From Bacteroidota bacterium (lineage in GTDB: Bacteria; Bacteroidota; Bacteroidia; UBA7662), in contig VGGT01000001.1 of assembly GCA_016868485.1 (NCBI GenBank), positions 1 to 51,621 of the forward strand: 51,621 bases of DNA. Reading direction: 5' to 3'. The position numbers were made by a program, and so were the translations under genes. Of this stretch, positions 30,809-42,159 are shown piece after piece; position 1 is the stretch's first letter, and every line of letters begins with the position of its first letter. The notes beneath the pieces were generated by a model, which was given only the letters and a program-made list of their open reading frames with translations, was not told the origin of the DNA and made no database searches.

Positions 30809-31198
30809 TTATACCCTTCTGCGCTTGGGTGGACGACAACCGTTGTGGGGCATGGGCGTAATGTCCGTAATGGTCGTTACCTCAATCCCTAATCCCGCCA
30901 AGCCCCGAATCGCAGCCTCACGTCCTGCACCCGGGCCCTTCACGAATACCTCCACACGGCGCAGGCCCGCGTCATAGGCTACCTTGCCACAATCTTGAGC
31001 AGAAACCTGTGCTGCGTAGGGTGTATTCTTTTTGGAACCCCTAAAACCCGATTTTCCCGCGGAAGACCAGGAAATGACCTGACCGTCGTTGTTGGTTATT
31101 GAGATAATAATGTTGTTGAACGTAGAGTGCACATGCATCTGCCCGTTGGCATCGACACGCACGACCCGCTTCTTAACAACTTTGGTTGATTTTGCCAT
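30809..31198 (-). CDS. rpsK: 30S ribosomal protein S11
   Basis: 129 aa, ...[27 protein letters not shown]...[16 protein letters not shown]. Confidence 0.95.
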   Translation of the reverse strand: MAKSTKVVKKRVVRVDANGQMHVHSTFNNIIISITNNDGQVISWSSAGKSGFRGSKKNTPYAAQVSAQDCGKVAYDAGLRRVEVFVKGPGAGREAAIRGLAGLGIEVTTITDITPMPHNGCRPPKRRRV

Positions 31199-31209
31199 GA
31201 ACGATTGGT

Positions 31210-31587
31210 TTATTTAGTAACTTTTTTCTTGTTCGCAACCGTCTTGCGCTTGCCTTTCCGGGTTCTAGAATTGTTCTTCGTGCGTTGTCCGCGAACAGGA
31301 AGACCCTTACGGTGACGTAACCCCCGGTAGCAACCAATATCCAGCAGACGTTTGATGTTGAGTTGCACTTCGGATCGCAGCTCACCTTCCGTTTTGTAGG
31401 TTTCAGTGATCAAGGTACGAATACGGGTGGTCTGTTCATCGGTCCACTCCCCAACTTTTATGTCGTAGTGAACACCGCAGCGGTCTAAAATACTGCGTGA
31501 AGTAGAACGACCTATTCCGTAAATGTAGGTCAGCCCAATCTCCCCTCTTTTATTGCGGGGTAAATCAATTCCAGATATTCTTGCCAT
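31210..31587 (-). CDS. rpsM: 30S ribosomal protein S13
   Basis: 125 aa, [26 protein letters not shown]... Confidence 0.95.
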   Translation of the reverse strand: MARISGIDLPRNKRGEIGLTYIYGIGRSTSRSILDRCGVHYDIKVGEWTDEQTTRIRTLITETYKTEGELRSEVQLNIKRLLDIGCYRGLRHRKGLPVRGQRTKNNSRTRKGKRKTVANKKKVTK

Positions 31588-31605
31588 AAAATATAAATGC
31601 TCAGT

Positions 31606-31722
31606 TTAACCTTGTCTTTGCTTGTATTTCGGATTCTTCTTGTTGATGACAAAAAGCTTACCCTTACGACGAACCAAAATGCATTCCTCGCTTCTTTTCT
31701 TTACCGATGCCGTGACTTTCAT
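31606..31722 (-). CDS. rpmJ: 50S ribosomal protein L36 (single-Cys, non-zinc-ribbon form)
   Basis: Not in the ORF track (38 aa). My translation is [38 protein letters not shown]. It lies between infA and rpsM, as expected. Confidence 0.9.
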   Translation of the reverse strand: MKVTASVKKRSEECILVRRKGKLFVINKKNPKYKQRQG

Positions 31723-31735
31723 AACGCTGTATAAT

Positions 31736-31951
31736 TTAAAAACGATAACTTATTCTACCCTTGGTGAGATCGTATGGTGACATCTCCACTTGCACTTTAT
31801 CACCCGGTAAAATCTTAATATAATTCATTCGCATTTTACCGGAGATATGACAGATAATTTGGTGACCATTCTCCAACTCGACACGAAACATCGCGTTGGA
31901 TAAGGCTTCCAAAATGGTACCGTCTTGTTTTATAGAGGTCTGTTTTGCCAT
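31736..31951 (-). CDS. infA: Translation initiation factor IF-1
   Basis: ATG at 31951 gives [41 protein letters not shown]... The start lies 1 nt after the secY stop. Confidence 0.93.
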   Translation of the reverse strand: MAKQTSIKQDGTILEALSNAMFRVELENGHQIICHISGKMRMNYIKILPGDKVQVEMSPYDLTKGRISYRF

Positions 31952-31952
31952 A

Positions 31953-33314
31953 TTACCCAACCGGTGCGCCTGCCGGCATACGACCTTTAATCCGTCCCGT
32001 TTTCATGAGACCATCGTACTTGCGCATTAATAAATGACTTTCTATTTGTTGAAGGGTATCCAAAACAACCCCCACCATAATCAAGAGCGATGTTCCCCCA
32101 AAAAATTGTGCAAACTGACCATTCACTCCTGCTATGGTGGCTAAAGCGGGAAGTATCGCTACGATGGCCAGGAAAATCGAACCAGGCAAAGTAATTCGAG
32201 CCAAAATATCATCGAGATAGTCCATCGTCGCCCGACCTGGCTTAACCCCAGGTATAAACGCACCATTGCGTTTAAGGTCCTCCGACATTTGGTTGGAATT
32301 GACTGCCAGAGAAGTGTAGAAATAGGTGAAGACAATGATGAGAATCGCCAAAACCACGTTGTAGGTGATGCTTGTAAAATCAACAAAGGCTGAGACTACA
32401 CTCTGGCTTGCATCACTATCAGGGAAAAACTGAGCGATGGTAGCCGGCAAGAACATAATCGCTTGCGCAAAAATGATTGGCATTACACCTGCCGCATTCA
32501 CCTTTAAAGGAACATATTGACGTGTACCACCATACATTCTGTTCCCAACCACTCTTTTTGCTACTTGAATCGGAATCTTGCGTGTGCCCTGAACCAATAA
32601 AATTGAAAACCCCACAATAACTGCTAACATAACGAGCTCAGTGAGGAATGGCACCAAGCCTCCTCCACCAGAACCGACTCTAAACTGAAATTCCGCAATG
32701 AGGGAATCCGGAAGGCGCGCGATGATGCCCACCATTATGATCAGAGAGATTCCATTTCCCAATCCCTTATCGGTAATCTTTTCTCCCAGCCACATGACCA
32801 ACATCGTGCCCGCTGTAAGCACCGCCACCGTCGAAATCATGAAGCTAAAGTCGAGAGAATCTCCACTGCGCAAAATGATGGCCTCCATCGATTGTGCTTT
32901 CAAATTGATCAGGAAGCCCATTGCTTGTGCTGCTGTAATCACAATGGTTAAGTAGCGCGTGATTTGGTTGATTTGGTTACGACCACTTTCGCCCTCCTTC
33001 ATGAGCTTCTGGAAAGATGGAACAACCATGCCCAAAAGCTGAACCACTATGGAAGCAGAAATGTATGGCATGATACCCAGGGCGAAGACTGACGCGCGAG
33101 AAAATGCACCACCCGCGAACAAGTCAATCAGACCAGTGAGCCCGGCAGCCGAACCTTGTGGGTTCAACTCTTCTAATTTTACCGGATCTATTCCGGGTAA
33201 AACCACGTATGAACCCAAACGATAGATCAGAAGTAATCCTAAGGTCGTGAGTATCCTAGACCTGAGTTCCTCTATCCGAAAGATGTTCCTAATGGTGTCT
33301 ATAAAGCCTTTCAT
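31953..33314 (-). CDS. secY: Preprotein translocase subunit SecY
   Basis: 453 aa, polytopic. ...[19 protein letters not shown]... Confidence 0.95.
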   Translation of the reverse strand: MKGFIDTIRNIFRIEELRSRILTTLGLLLIYRLGSYVVLPGIDPVKLEELNPQGSAAGLTGLIDLFAGGAFSRASVFALGIMPYISASIVVQLLGMVVPSFQKLMKEGESGRNQINQITRYLTIVITAAQAMGFLINLKAQSMEAIILRSGDSLDFSFMISTVAVLTAGTMLVMWLGEKITDKGLGNGISLIIMVGIIARLPDSLIAEFQFRVGSGGGGLVPFLTELVMLAVIVGFSILLVQGTRKIPIQVAKRVVGNRMYGGTRQYVPLKVNAAGVMPIIFAQAIMFLPATIAQFFPDSDASQSVVSAFVDFTSITYNVVLAILIIVFTYFYTSLAVNSNQMSEDLKRNGAFIPGVKPGRATMDYLDDILARITLPGSIFLAIVAILPALATIAGVNGQFAQFFGGTSLLIMVGVVLDTLQQIESHLLMRKYDGLMKTGRIKGRMPAGAPVG

Positions 33315-33333
33315 AACCTAATACAATTGCAGA

Positions 33334-33783
33334 TCAGGACAAAATTTCGACGGAACCACCCGCCTGTTCGATGGCTGCCTTGGCACCAGCACTGAAAGCG
33401 TGGGCTTTAACTGCTAAACCCCTTGAAACAGTACCACGAGCCAATATTTTAATTCGTGCGGAAGAATCCACTACTCCATGCGACGCCAAAAACGCTGGGT
33501 CCACTACCCGAACACCGTATTGGTCCGCTAATGTCTCCAACAAATCAAGATTGATTGGGCTGTAAGAAACACGGAAATGATTCTTGAATCCAAATTTGGG
33601 AACGCGCAGTTTAAGAGGCATTTGACCACCTTCGAAACCTGGTTTGGTGCGGTAACCACTTCGGCTCTGATCACCTTTGTGACCACGTGTTGATGTTCCA
33701 CCACGGCCACTGCCTTGACCTCTACCAACACGCTTATTCTTTCTAACACTGCCCGCGGCAGGTTTCAAATCAAAAAGTTCCAT
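33334..33783 (-). CDS. rplO: 50S ribosomal protein L15
   Basis: 149 aa. KRVGRGQGSGRGGTSTRGHKG. Confidence 0.95.
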   Translation of the reverse strand: MELFDLKPAAGSVRKNKRVGRGQGSGRGGTSTRGHKGDQSRSGYRTKPGFEGGQMPLKLRVPKFGFKNHFRVSYSPINLDLLETLADQYGVRVVDPAFLASHGVVDSSARIKILARGTVSRGLAVKAHAFSAGAKAAIEQAGGSVEILS

Positions 33784-33784
33784 A

Positions 33785-33964
33785 TTAAATTGCTTCTACT
33801 TTAACCAAATGAGCCACTTTGGCCACCATTCCCAAAATTTGGGGATTTGAGAGATGAACGGCTACAGCGTGTGGGTGACGCAAACCAAGAGCTTGAAGTG
33901 TTCTCTTCTGACGCTCGGGTCGCCCAATTCCACTCTTAACCTGTGTAATTCTGATCTGTGACAT
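33785..33964 (-). CDS. rpmD: 50S ribosomal protein L30
   Basis: Not in the ORF track (59 aa). My translation is MSQIRITQVKSGIGRPERQKRTLQALGLRHPHAVAVHLSNPQILGMVAKVAHLVKVEAI*. Confidence 0.9.
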   Translation of the reverse strand: MSQIRITQVKSGIGRPERQKRTLQALGLRHPHAVAVHLSNPQILGMVAKVAHLVKVEAI

Positions 33965-33974
33965 AATTCTTATC

Positions 33975-34493
33975 TTAACCGTTAAAAACGCGCGACAAAT
34001 TCATTCCTCTGTGGTGTGCTACCGTGGCAGGATCACGCAAATTGGCCAAGGCATCGATCGTTGCTTTGACCACATTGTGGGGGTTCGAGGATCCTTTAGA
34101 TTTGGCTAAAACATCCGTTATCCCTGCGCTCTCCAATACAGCACGCATCGCACCGCCTGCGATAACCCCCGTTCCGTGCGAGGCCGGCTTGATGTACACG
34201 CGTCCACCACCAAATTTACCTTCCGACTCATGAGGTATGGTTCCTTTAAGGACGGGAACTTTGATCAATGATTTCTTAGCATCATCGATTCCTTTGGCTA
34301 TTGCCTCAGATACCTCTTTGGCTTTCCCCAAACCATAACCCACGATTCCATTTTCATCACCCACCACCACGATGGCAGAAAAACTGAATGTACGACCTCC
34401 TTTGGTCACCTTAGCTACCCGTTGAACACCTACCAAACGGTCCTTGAGTTCAATTTCACTCGCCTTTACGCTTCGAATATTATTGGTTGACAT
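33975..34493 (-). CDS. rpsE: 30S ribosomal protein S5
   Basis: 172 aa. [24 protein letters not shown]... Confidence 0.95.
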   Translation of the reverse strand: MSTNNIRSVKASEIELKDRLVGVQRVAKVTKGGRTFSFSAIVVVGDENGIVGYGLGKAKEVSEAIAKGIDDAKKSLIKVPVLKGTIPHESEGKFGGGRVYIKPASHGTGVIAGGAMRAVLESAGITDVLAKSKGSSNPHNVVKATIDALANLRDPATVAHHRGMNLSRVFNG

Positions 34494-34503
34494 ATATCTA
34501 CGA

Positions 34504-34857
34504 TTAAAAATCTAAACCTCCCTCACGGGCTCCTTCAGCCAAACCCTTCACGCGGCCGTGGTAGAGATAGCCATTCCGGTCGAAAACCACCTTGGAAATA
34601 CCCGCATGAACCGCACGTTCGGCCAGCAACTTACCAACCAAGGCTGAAGCTTCTACCCTACGAATTCCGTTAAGGGACAATGACTTGTCTTTACTACAAG
34701 CTGCTGCCAAAGTCTTTCCGGCCTTGTCGTCGATGATCTGAGCGTATATCTCATTATTGCTCCGAAACACTGATAAACGTGGACGTGTTGCATCACCAGT
34801 AATCCCTTTACGGATACCGCGGCGAATTCTATTTCTTCTGAGTTGTTTGGTAAGCAT
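34504..34857 (-). CDS. rplR: 50S ribosomal protein L18
   Basis: 117 aa. ...[20 protein letters not shown]...[26 protein letters not shown]. Confidence 0.95.
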   Translation of the reverse strand: MLTKQLRRNRIRRGIRKGITGDATRPRLSVFRSNNEIYAQIIDDKAGKTLAAACSKDKSLSLNGIRRVEASALVGKLLAERAVHAGISKVVFDRNGYLYHGRVKGLAEGAREGGLDF

Positions 34858-34866
34858 CTTATAACT

Positions 34867-35424
34867 TTATTTCTTGGAGGCAGATTTACCGGCTTTACGG
34901 CGCAAAATTTCATTTTGGAAGCGAATACCTTTTCCTTTGTATGGCTCAGGGCTGCGTAATGAACGAATTTTTGCAGCAACCTGACCAAGCAATTCTTTAT
35001 CATAACCACTGAGGGTAATCGTAGGATTTTTACCTTTGACAGTTTCCGTTTGGAACGATAATTCTTTAGGAATTTGCATGACAATATCATGCGAGTATCC
35101 AAGAGAAAGCTCCAGCAATGACCCATTGGCATTCGCACGATAACCAACGCCCACGAGTTCTTGGGTTACGGTGTATCCTGTGCTGACACCGATCACCATA
35201 TTGTTCAAGAGTGCCCGGTATAAACCGTGCAGCGCTTTGTGGCGCTTGCTGTCTGAAGGACGCCCTACCATGAGAACACCATCTTCAACTTTCACCTGCA
35301 TATCTGGATCAACTGAACGCTTCAGTTCGCCCTTAGGTCCTTTCACCGTAATGGCATTGTGATCAGATACTTGAACGCTGACCCCACTTGGCAGGGGTAT
35401 GGGTTGTTTTCCTATGCGAGACAT
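34867..35424 (-). CDS. rplF: 50S ribosomal protein L6
   Basis: 185 aa, MSRIGKQPIPLPSGVSVQV... Confidence 0.95.
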   Translation of the reverse strand: MSRIGKQPIPLPSGVSVQVSDHNAITVKGPKGELKRSVDPDMQVKVEDGVLMVGRPSDSKRHKALHGLYRALLNNMVIGVSTGYTVTQELVGVGYRANANGSLLELSLGYSHDIVMQIPKELSFQTETVKGKNPTITLSGYDKELLGQVAAKIRSLRSPEPYKGKGIRFQNEILRRKAGKSASKK

Positions 35425-35436
35425 ATTGAATTCGAA

Positions 35437-35832
35437 TTAATATACATAACACAAAACCTCACCACCCACATTCATCTGACGGGCTTCCTTATCGGCCATT
35501 ACGCCACGAGATGTGGATATAATGGCAATACCCAAACCATTGATCACGCGGGGCAACTCATCTGAACCCGAATATTTACGAAGCCCCGGACGACTTACCC
35601 TCCGAAGCTGCCGAATCACGGGCTCATTGGTACCGGGCAAATACTTAAGGGCGATTTTGATCGTACCCTGTACGCCGTCATCAACGAATTTGTACTGGCT
35701 GATGTAGCCCTTCTCGTACAACACCCGGGTAATTTCCCTCTTTGTGTTGGACGCTGGCACCTCAACTACCCTGTGGCTTGCCTTCAGGGCATTACGCAAA
35801 CGCGTAAGATAATCTGCTATTGGATCTGTCAT
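35437..35832 (-). CDS. rpsH: 30S ribosomal protein S8
   Basis: 131 aa, [18 protein letters not shown]... Confidence 0.95.
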   Translation of the reverse strand: MTDPIADYLTRLRNALKASHRVVEVPASNTKREITRVLYEKGYISQYKFVDDGVQGTIKIALKYLPGTNEPVIRQLRRVSRPGLRKYSGSDELPRVINGLGIAIISTSRGVMADKEARQMNVGGEVLCYVY

Positions 35833-35851
35833 GAATGATTGATTGTACTGA

Positions 35852-36121
35852 TTACCAACTTCCTTTTGTTACACCTGGGATTTTTCCCTCAGAAGCCATT
35901 TTACGGAACAACACACGGGAAATACCAAACTGGCGCATAAAACCTCTGGGACGACCAGAAATCATACAACGGTTGTGCAATCGCACGGGTGAAGCACTTT
36001 TAGGCAACTTCTGAAGTCCAAGAAAATCTCCCTCTTCCTTCAGTTTGGCTCTTTTGGCTGCATAGCGCGCCACCATCGCCTGTTTTTTACGGTCTCTCGC
36101 CTTAATACCTTCTTTGGCCAT
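35852..36121 (-). CDS. rpsN: 30S ribosomal protein S14 (long form, no CxxC zinc motif)
   Basis: 89 aa. ...[43 protein letters not shown]. Confidence 0.93.
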   Translation of the reverse strand: MAKEGIKARDRKKQAMVARYAAKRAKLKEEGDFLGLQKLPKSASPVRLHNRCMISGRPRGFMRQFGISRVLFRKMASEGKIPGVTKGSW

Positions 36122-36132
36122 GAGCTGTTTAT

Positions 36133-36690
36133 TTAATTTTTTGAAGATTTGAAAGGCATTCCCATTTCAGCCAGTAATGTCTTGGCCTCTTCGTCGGTCT
36201 TTGCCGTTGTTACGAAAGTGATGTCCATACCTGTAATTCGACTCACCTTATCGATGTTGATTTCCGGGAAAATAATATGCTCGTTCACCCCCATCGTGTA
36301 ATTACCCCGACCATCAAAGCCTTTTGGGTTGATGCCTCTGAAGTCCCGAACCCTAGGAAGGGCCACCGAAGTCAATCGATCCATGAACTCATACATACGA
36401 TCGCTGCGGAGGGTCACTTTCGCACCGATGGGTAGGTTTTCCCTTAATTTGAAGTTAGAAATGGCCTTTTTCGATTTGGTTGGGACAGCTTTTTGACCAG
36501 CAATCAGGCTCATTTCCTGAACCGCCGCATCAACCAATTTCTTGTCGGAAACAGCCGCACCCACACCCTGATTGATGGCTATTTTAACCAATCGGGGAAC
36601 CTCCATCGCGTTCTTGTAACCAAACTTTTCTTTCAACGCCGGCACTACCTGATCGTAGTATTTTTTCTTTAATCTAATTTCGTAGCTCAT
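36133..36690 (-). CDS. rplE: 50S ribosomal protein L5
   Basis: The track start at 36693 is GTG. ATG at 36690 overlaps the rplX TGA by 1 nt. [27 protein letters not shown]... Confidence 0.93.
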   Translation of the reverse strand: MSYEIRLKKKYYDQVVPALKEKFGYKNAMEVPRLVKIAINQGVGAAVSDKKLVDAAVQEMSLIAGQKAVPTKSKKAISNFKLRENLPIGAKVTLRSDRMYEFMDRLTSVALPRVRDFRGINPKGFDGRGNYTMGVNEHIIFPEINIDKVSRITGMDITFVTTAKTDEEAKTLLAEMGMPFKSSKN

Positions 36691-37010
36691 CACTTGATTA
36701 TTTCACCTGTTTTCTTTGAAAAACGCACCCTATTTCCTTGGGCATCCAATTTACGCCCTACCTTAGTGGCCGTATTGCCTACCATCAACATCAGATTAGA
36801 CAAATCAATTGGCGCTTCCTTTTTAACAATACTGCCGTTGGGAGAAGCTGCATTGGGTTTGGTGTGACGAGAGACGATTCGAATGCCCTCAACCAATGCT
36901 TTGCCTTCATCAGGAAGCATCTGAAGGACACGTCCTGTCTTCCCCTTATCATCACCAGCAATAACCTTAACAGTATCACCCTTTTTTAATTTCCATTTTG
37001 TTCCAGACAT
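36690..37010 (-). CDS. rplX: 50S ribosomal protein L24
   Basis: 106 aa. [23 protein letters not shown]. Confidence 0.95.
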   Translation of the reverse strand: MSGTKWKLKKGDTVKVIAGDDKGKTGRVLQMLPDEGKALVEGIRIVSRHTKPNAASPNGSIVKKEAPIDLSNLMLMVGNTATKVGRKLDAQGNRVRFSKKTGEIIK

Positions 37011-37021
37011 CGGAATATGAT

Positions 37022-37390
37022 TTAAAGTACCTCAGGGGCAAGTGAAACAATCTTCATAAACAACTTCTCGCGCAGTTCACGGGCCACAGGACCGAAAATA
37101 CGTGTGCCACGTGGCTCATCTTGGGCGTTCAGCAATACGACCGCATTGTCATCGAATCGGATATAAGATCCATCACGTCGACGTACTTCTTTACGGGTGC
37201 GTACAACAACTGCTTTTGACACAGTGCCTTTCTTCGCATTACCTGAAGGTATGGCTGACTTCACAGAAACAACCACCTTATCGCCAATAGAAGCATAACG
37301 CCGACCCGTTCCACCCAAAACACGAATGACAAGGACCTCCTTTGCGCCGCTGTTATCGGCTACACTCATTCTACTTTCCTGTTGTACCAT
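37022..37390 (-). CDS. rplN: 50S ribosomal protein L14
   Basis: 122 aa, [27 protein letters not shown]... Confidence 0.96.
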   Translation of the reverse strand: MVQQESRMSVADNSGAKEVLVIRVLGGTGRRYASIGDKVVVSVKSAIPSGNAKKGTVSKAVVVRTRKEVRRRDGSYIRFDDNAVVLLNAQDEPRGTRIFGPVARELREKLFMKIVSLAPEVL

Positions 37391-37391
37391 C

Positions 37392-37652
37392 TTATTTAGC
37401 CTTTTCTATAATTTCTACAAGTCTCCAACGCTTAAGCTTACTCAACGGACGGGTCTCCATAATGCGCACCACATCACCCACTCCACACTCATTCTTCTCA
37501 TCATGGGCGTGAAATTTTTTGGTACTTTTCATGAACTTACCGTATATCGGATGCTTCAGCTTACGCTCAACCACTACGGTGATGGTTTTCTCCATCTTAT
37601 TCGAAACCACGTTACCCACGCGCTCCTTTCTGAATTTTCTTTCCAATTCCAT
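37392..37652 (-). CDS. rpsQ: 30S ribosomal protein S17
   Basis: 86 aa. ...[31 protein letters not shown]... Confidence 0.95.
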   Translation of the reverse strand: MELERKFRKERVGNVVSNKMEKTITVVVERKLKHPIYGKFMKSTKKFHAHDEKNECGVGDVVRIMETRPLSKLKRWRLVEIIEKAK

Positions 37653-37665
37653 GTACTTCCTAATT

Positions 37666-37875
37666 TTATGATTGAGCGGTCAAATTTTCCAATTCACGTC
37701 GACGAATCTCAGTGAGCATACGTGCAATAAATCTCCTGGTCTGTCCTATTTTGGCCGTACTCTCGGCCGCAGACAAAGCATTACCAAAGCGCAAACGTGT
37801 GAGCGTCTTACGCTCTTCCGCAACCCGTTCCACGAGTTCGGTAGACGAAAAGTCTTTAATGGCTGAATTTTTCAT
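37666..37875 (-). CDS. rpmC: 50S ribosomal protein L29
   Basis: 69 aa. Helical, at the conserved position between L16 and S17. Confidence 0.9.
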   Translation of the reverse strand: MKNSAIKDFSSTELVERVAEERKTLTRLRFGNALSAAESTAKIGQTRRFIARMLTEIRRRELENLTAQS

Positions 37876-37883
37876 ACCGCAGT

Positions 37884-38303
37884 TTATTCGGAATAATCGC
37901 GTTTAACAATAAATGAAGTGCTCACAGGCAACTTCTGGGCTGCAAGACGCATAGCCTCCTTGGCGACGTGCAAAGGTACTCCATCCGCCTCAAAAATCAA
38001 AGTACCCGGCTTCACCACAGCAACCCAATACTCAGGTGCACCTTTACCCTTACCCATTCGAACTTCTGCAGGCTTTTTGGTAATCGGCTTATCCGGAAAA
38101 ATACGAATCCAAACTTGACCTTCTCTTTTCATAAAACGAGTCACCGCAATACGGGCCGCTTCTATTTGTCGGGAAGTAATCCACTTGGCTTCGAGCGATT
38201 TAAGGCCAAAACTACCAAATGCAATCTCTGCTCCACGCGTAGCCATACCATGGATTCTACCCTTGTGGGTTTTTCTAAATCGGGTTCTCTTCGGCTGTAA
38301 CAT
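37884..38303 (-). CDS. rplP: 50S ribosomal protein L16
   Basis: 139 aa, [19 protein letters not shown]... Confidence 0.96.
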   Translation of the reverse strand: MLQPKRTRFRKTHKGRIHGMATRGAEIAFGSFGLKSLEAKWITSRQIEAARIAVTRFMKREGQVWIRIFPDKPITKKPAEVRMGKGKGAPEYWVAVVKPGTLIFEADGVPLHVAKEAMRLAAQKLPVSTSFIVKRDYSE

Positions 38304-38331
38304 ATCTATTCTCTATGACAATTAATTTCAA

Positions 38332-39144
38332 TTATGCTCTAGGACGTCCACCGCCTGGTTTTCCACCGCCTCTGCGCTCTCCTCCACGATCACCCCGCTC
38401 GCCTCGGTCGCTTCTACCACCCCTGCGATCTCCGCGACCATCGCGTCCACCCAGACGATCACCTCCGCGGCCTCCGCCGCCACCCGTTGAGGAACCGGTG
38501 ACTGGTGATAAATCGCGCTTACCAAAGACTTCACCTTTAAAGATCCAAACCTTTACGCCTATTTTCCCATAAACAGTTTGGGCTTCACGCAATGCATAAT
38601 CGATGTCAGCACGCAAGGTGTGCAACGGAATTCTTCCCTCCTTATACTGCTCTGAACGGGCAATCTCTGCGCCTCCAAGGCGACCAGATACCATTACTTT
38701 AATGCCTTCAGCACTCGTGCGCATTGTGGATGCGATGGACATTTTCATGGCACGGCGGAAAGAGACACGAGCCTCCAATTGACGGGCAATGCCTTCTGCA
38801 ACCAATGCTGCGTCCATTTCAGGACGGCGGATTTCAAAAACATTTAAGGCCACGTCAGATTGGGTAAGTTTCTTCAACTCTTCCCTAATCTTTTCAATCT
38901 CAGCACCCCCCTTACCAATCACGACACCCGGGCGGCTCGTATGAATGGTGACCGTGATCTTCTGAAATGAACGTTCAATGATGATTCGTGCGATACCGGT
39001 ATTATCGATACGTGCGCTGATGTATTTGCGGATTTTTTCATCGCCGATCAATTTTTCAGCGAATTTCTTGCCACCATACCAATTGGATTCCCAACCTCTG
39101 ATGTAGCCCAGGCGAAGGCTGACTGGATTTGCTTTTTGTCCCAT
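38332..39144 (-). CDS. rpsC: 30S ribosomal protein S3 with a ~50-aa Arg/Gly-rich (RGG-like) C-terminal tail
   Basis: 270 aa. Canonical S3 runs through ...[19 protein letters not shown]. The tail then reads [50 protein letters not shown]. Confidence 0.93.
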   Translation of the reverse strand: MGQKANPVSLRLGYIRGWESNWYGGKKFAEKLIGDEKIRKYISARIDNTGIARIIIERSFQKITVTIHTSRPGVVIGKGGAEIEKIREELKKLTQSDVALNVFEIRRPEMDAALVAEGIARQLEARVSFRRAMKMSIASTMRTSAEGIKVMVSGRLGGAEIARSEQYKEGRIPLHTLRADIDYALREAQTVYGKIGVKVWIFKGEVFGKRDLSPVTGSSTGGGGGRGGDRLGGRDGRGDRRGGRSDRGERGDRGGERRGGGKPGGGRPRA

Positions 39145-39149
39145 ATCTA

Positions 39150-39506
39150 TTATTCTACATTAGTAGGCCGTGAATCCACAACCAGAGTTATGTGGTTTGA
39201 GCGCTTACGGATTCGATGACCTCGACCCTGAGGAGCCGGACGGAGTCGCTTAAGCATACGACCTTCGTCGACTTGAATCCGCTTAACGTACAGCCCCGCT
39301 TCTTCCAACGACGTATCTGAATTAGACTTCTCCCAGTTGGAAATAGCTGAGAGCAATAATTTTTCCATATTGATCGACGCATGTTTCTTCGAAAACCGAA
39401 GAATACCCGTGGCCCTGTCTATTTGCTGACCCCTGATGAGGTCGGCCAACAGACGCATCTTGCGGGGCGAGGTAGGACAATCTCGGAGTATGGCTACTGC
39501 TTCCAT
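39150..39506 (-). CDS. rplV: 50S ribosomal protein L22
   Basis: 118 aa. ...[27 protein letters not shown]... Confidence 0.95.
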   Translation of the reverse strand: MEAVAILRDCPTSPRKMRLLADLIRGQQIDRATGILRFSKKHASINMEKLLLSAISNWEKSNSDTSLEEAGLYVKRIQVDEGRMLKRLRPAPQGRGHRIRKRSNHITLVVDSRPTNVE

Positions 39507-39784
39507 TATTTTTTGCCTTTATCTTTTTTATTGGAGTGACCACGGAAGGTGCGGGTTGGTGAGAACTCACCCAATTTATGACCCACCATATTTTCCGTTA
39601 CGTAAACGGGTATAAATTTATTCCCATTGTGCACAGCAAAAGTGTGCCCAACAAATTCGGGGATAATCATTGACCGACGTGACCATGTTTTAATTACGGT
39701 CTTCCGGGTGGCTCCGTTCATCACAGTGACCTTATTTTCTAAGGTATACTCGACGAATGGGCCTTTTTTAAGTGAACGAGCCAT
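39506..39784 (-). CDS. rpsS: 30S ribosomal protein S19
   Basis: 92 aa, [15 protein letters not shown]...[38 protein letters not shown]. Confidence 0.96.
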   Translation of the reverse strand: MARSLKKGPFVEYTLENKVTVMNGATRKTVIKTWSRRSMIIPEFVGHTFAVHNGNKFIPVYVTENMVGHKLGEFSPTRTFRGHSNKKDKGKK

Positions 39785-39789
39785 ATATA

Positions 39790-40611
39790 TTATTTCCTGC
39801 GGTTAACTATCAAACGATCGGATGATTTGCGTGGAGCCCGGGTTTTGTATCCCTTAGCCAACAATCCCTTACGAGAACGTGGGTGACCTCCGGAAGCCCT
39901 TCCTTCACCACCACCCATAGGGTGATCGACTGGATTCATGGCTACACCACGAACACGGGGCCGACGACCCAACCAACGACTTCTGCCCGCTTTACCGCTG
40001 ATCACCAAAAGATGGTCCTCATTGCTCAAACTACCTATAGTAGCCAAACAAGACTGAAGCACCATGCGCGTTTCACCACTTGGAAGCTTAATCGTTGCGT
40101 ATTTGTCGTCGCGCGCTGCCAGGATTGCACTTGAACCTGCACTACGAACCATTTGGCCACCCTTACCGGGCTGTATTTCGATGTTGTGAATAGCAGATCC
40201 AAGGGGGATATCCTTAAGCAACATGGCGTTACCCAATTCTGGGGTGGCGCCTGGGCCACTCATGACAGCCTGACCCACTTTAATTCCACGAGGTGCCAAA
40301 ATATACCTCTTTTCACCATCCGCATAATGCAAAAGGGCAACCCAAGCTGTGCGATTCGGATCATACTCCAAACTTGCAACCCGCGCAGGTATGTCGTGCT
40401 TGTTTCTTTTAAAATCGATAACACGCAACATCTGCTTGTGTCCACCACCACGGTAACGCATGGTCATTTTACCATTGCTGTTACGGCCTCCAGTCTTGCT
40501 GGTCGGAATTAATAAGCTCTTTTCTGGAGCAACCTTACTCAATTGTGAGCGGTCATCAGCGATCTTAAATCGCAATGACGGGGTTAACGGTCTGAATCTT
40601 TTAACGGGCAT
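39790..40611 (-). CDS. rplB: 50S ribosomal protein L2
   Basis: 273 aa. ...[19 protein letters not shown]...[17 protein letters not shown]. Confidence 0.96.
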   Translation of the reverse strand: MPVKRFRPLTPSLRFKIADDRSQLSKVAPEKSLLIPTSKTGGRNSNGKMTMRYRGGGHKQMLRVIDFKRNKHDIPARVASLEYDPNRTAWVALLHYADGEKRYILAPRGIKVGQAVMSGPGATPELGNAMLLKDIPLGSAIHNIEIQPGKGGQMVRSAGSSAILAARDDKYATIKLPSGETRMVLQSCLATIGSLSNEDHLLVISGKAGRSRWLGRRPRVRGVAMNPVDHPMGGGEGRASGGHPRSRKGLLAKGYKTRAPRKSSDRLIVNRRK

Positions 40612-40614
40612 GAC

Positions 40615-40905
40615 TTAGATATTGCTGTAGAAATCGATGACATCACCCTCTTTTAGGGTAACTATAGCTTTCTTATAGGAGGCGGTCATACCGGTGAGTG
40701 TTCCCGATTTGGTGAATCTTCTTTTGCGGTCACCACGGCAACGCATGGTATTAACCGCTTCAATTCCCACACCATACATCTCCTCTATGGCCGAACGAAT
40801 CTGGATTTTATTGGCTCTTGGATCGACACGAAAAGCATATTGCCTACGCTTCTCACCAAGCACGGTCATTTTCTCAGAAATAATTGGTTTCCTTAAGATT
40901 TCCAT
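40615..40905 (-). CDS. rplW: 50S ribosomal protein L23
   Basis: 96 aa, at the position between L4 and L2. ...YAFRVDPRANKIQIRSAIEEMYGV... Confidence 0.93.
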   Translation of the reverse strand: MEILRKPIISEKMTVLGEKRRQYAFRVDPRANKIQIRSAIEEMYGVGIEAVNTMRCRGDRKRRFTKSGTLTGMTASYKKAIVTLKEGDVIDFYSNI

Positions 40906-40906
40906 A

Positions 40907-41536
40907 TCACGGATTTAAATGCTGACTGATCTTTCCAACGGATGAACTCATCAAAAGAAGACGCGACGCCTTCATCAACTCATAAGTATTCAAATCCTCG
41001 GCTCGAACCACACGCGCCTTTTGAAGATTGCGGCTCGATAAAACCAGAGCCTCATTCTTTTCGGAAGTGACAACCAAGACACGCTGGTTGGATGCTTGGA
41101 ACCCACTTAAAAAACGAGCAAATGCACTCGTTTTTGGTGCCTCGAAGGTAAAATCCTCAAGGACAGTGATCTGACTGTCTGCTGCCTTTTGGGATAAAGC
41201 CGATCTACGCGCTAATGCCTTTACCTTCTTATTGAGTTTGAAGCTGTAGTCGCGCGGCTTAGGACCGAAAACACGGGCACCACCTTTATACAGAGGGTTA
41301 TTAATATCCCCCTTACGTGCGCCGCCAGTGCCTTTCTGCTTGTGAAGCTTGCGGGTAGAACCCGACATTTCACTACGCTCTTTCGCCTTATGGGTACCCT
41401 GACGCTGGTGGGCAAGATACTGCTTCACGTCGAGGTACATCGCGTGGGTATTGGGCTCAATTCCGAAAACGGCATCAGGCAACTCAACAGTTGCTGCCGT
41501 TTCTTGGCCCTCTTTGTTGTAAACTTTGACTAACAT
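40907..41536 (-). CDS. rplD: 50S ribosomal protein L4
   Basis: ATG at 41536 (MLVKVYNKEGQE...) follows the rplC stop by 1 nt. The track start at 41551 would overlap rplC. Confidence 0.93.
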   Translation of the reverse strand: MLVKVYNKEGQETAATVELPDAVFGIEPNTHAMYLDVKQYLAHQRQGTHKAKERSEMSGSTRKLHKQKGTGGARKGDINNPLYKGGARVFGPKPRDYSFKLNKKVKALARRSALSQKAADSQITVLEDFTFEAPKTSAFARFLSGFQASNQRVLVVTSEKNEALVLSSRNLQKARVVRAEDLNTYELMKASRLLLMSSSVGKISQHLNP

Positions 41537-41537
41537 A

Positions 41538-42155
41538 CTATTTCTCAACAATTACGAATGAACCTTTAGGTCCGGGCACTGAGCCTTTAACCACAAGCAA
41601 ATTTTTATCGGCATATACCTTGATCACCTCAAGGTTCTGCACTTTAACACGAGCACCTCCGGTGCGGCCTGCCATGCGCATGCCTTTGAATACTTTACTG
41701 GGGAAAGAAGAAGCACCGAGAGAACCTGGCGCCCTAAGTCGGTTGTGCTGACCGTGTGTTTGACCACCTACTCCACCAAAACCATGGCGCTTCACTACGC
41801 CTTGAAAGCCCTTTCCCTTGCTGATCCCGACCACATCAACAGAATCACCAGGCTCAAAAATTGAGACGTTCACCAAATCCCCAAGCGCAGCGTTGCTGGA
41901 ATCACCACGGAACTCAACCACCTTTCTTTTCGGTGTTGTACCCGCGCGGCGAAAATGACCCACCAAAGCATTAGGTGTGTTTTTTTCTTTGCGGTCTCCG
42001 AAAGCCAATTGTATGGCCGCATAACCCTCTTTGTCCTCTGTCTTTACCTGAGTAACCACGCAAGGACCCGTCTCCAACACCGTACAGGGAAGCATTTTGC
42101 CATCTGCACCAAAAATGCTGGTCATTCCCACTTTCTTTCCAATTATTCCCGACAT
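41538..42155 (-). CDS. rplC: 50S ribosomal protein L3
   Basis: 205 aa, [15 protein letters not shown]...[15 protein letters not shown]. Confidence 0.96.
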   Translation of the reverse strand: MSGIIGKKVGMTSIFGADGKMLPCTVLETGPCVVTQVKTEDKEGYAAIQLAFGDRKEKNTPNALVGHFRRAGTTPKRKVVEFRGDSSNAALGDLVNVSIFEPGDSVDVVGISKGKGFQGVVKRHGFGGVGGQTHGQHNRLRAPGSLGASSFPSKVFKGMRMAGRTGGARVKVQNLEVIKVYADKNLLVVKGSVPGPKGSFVIVEK

Positions 42156-42159
42156 ATCG

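Noticed and set aside
38315-38572. Pro/Arg/Ser-rich 85-aa (+) ORF and 68-aa (-) ORF overlapping the S3 3' end
   Set aside because: They are shadow frames created by the repetitive GC-rich DNA that encodes the S3 RGG tail. They have no independent start context.
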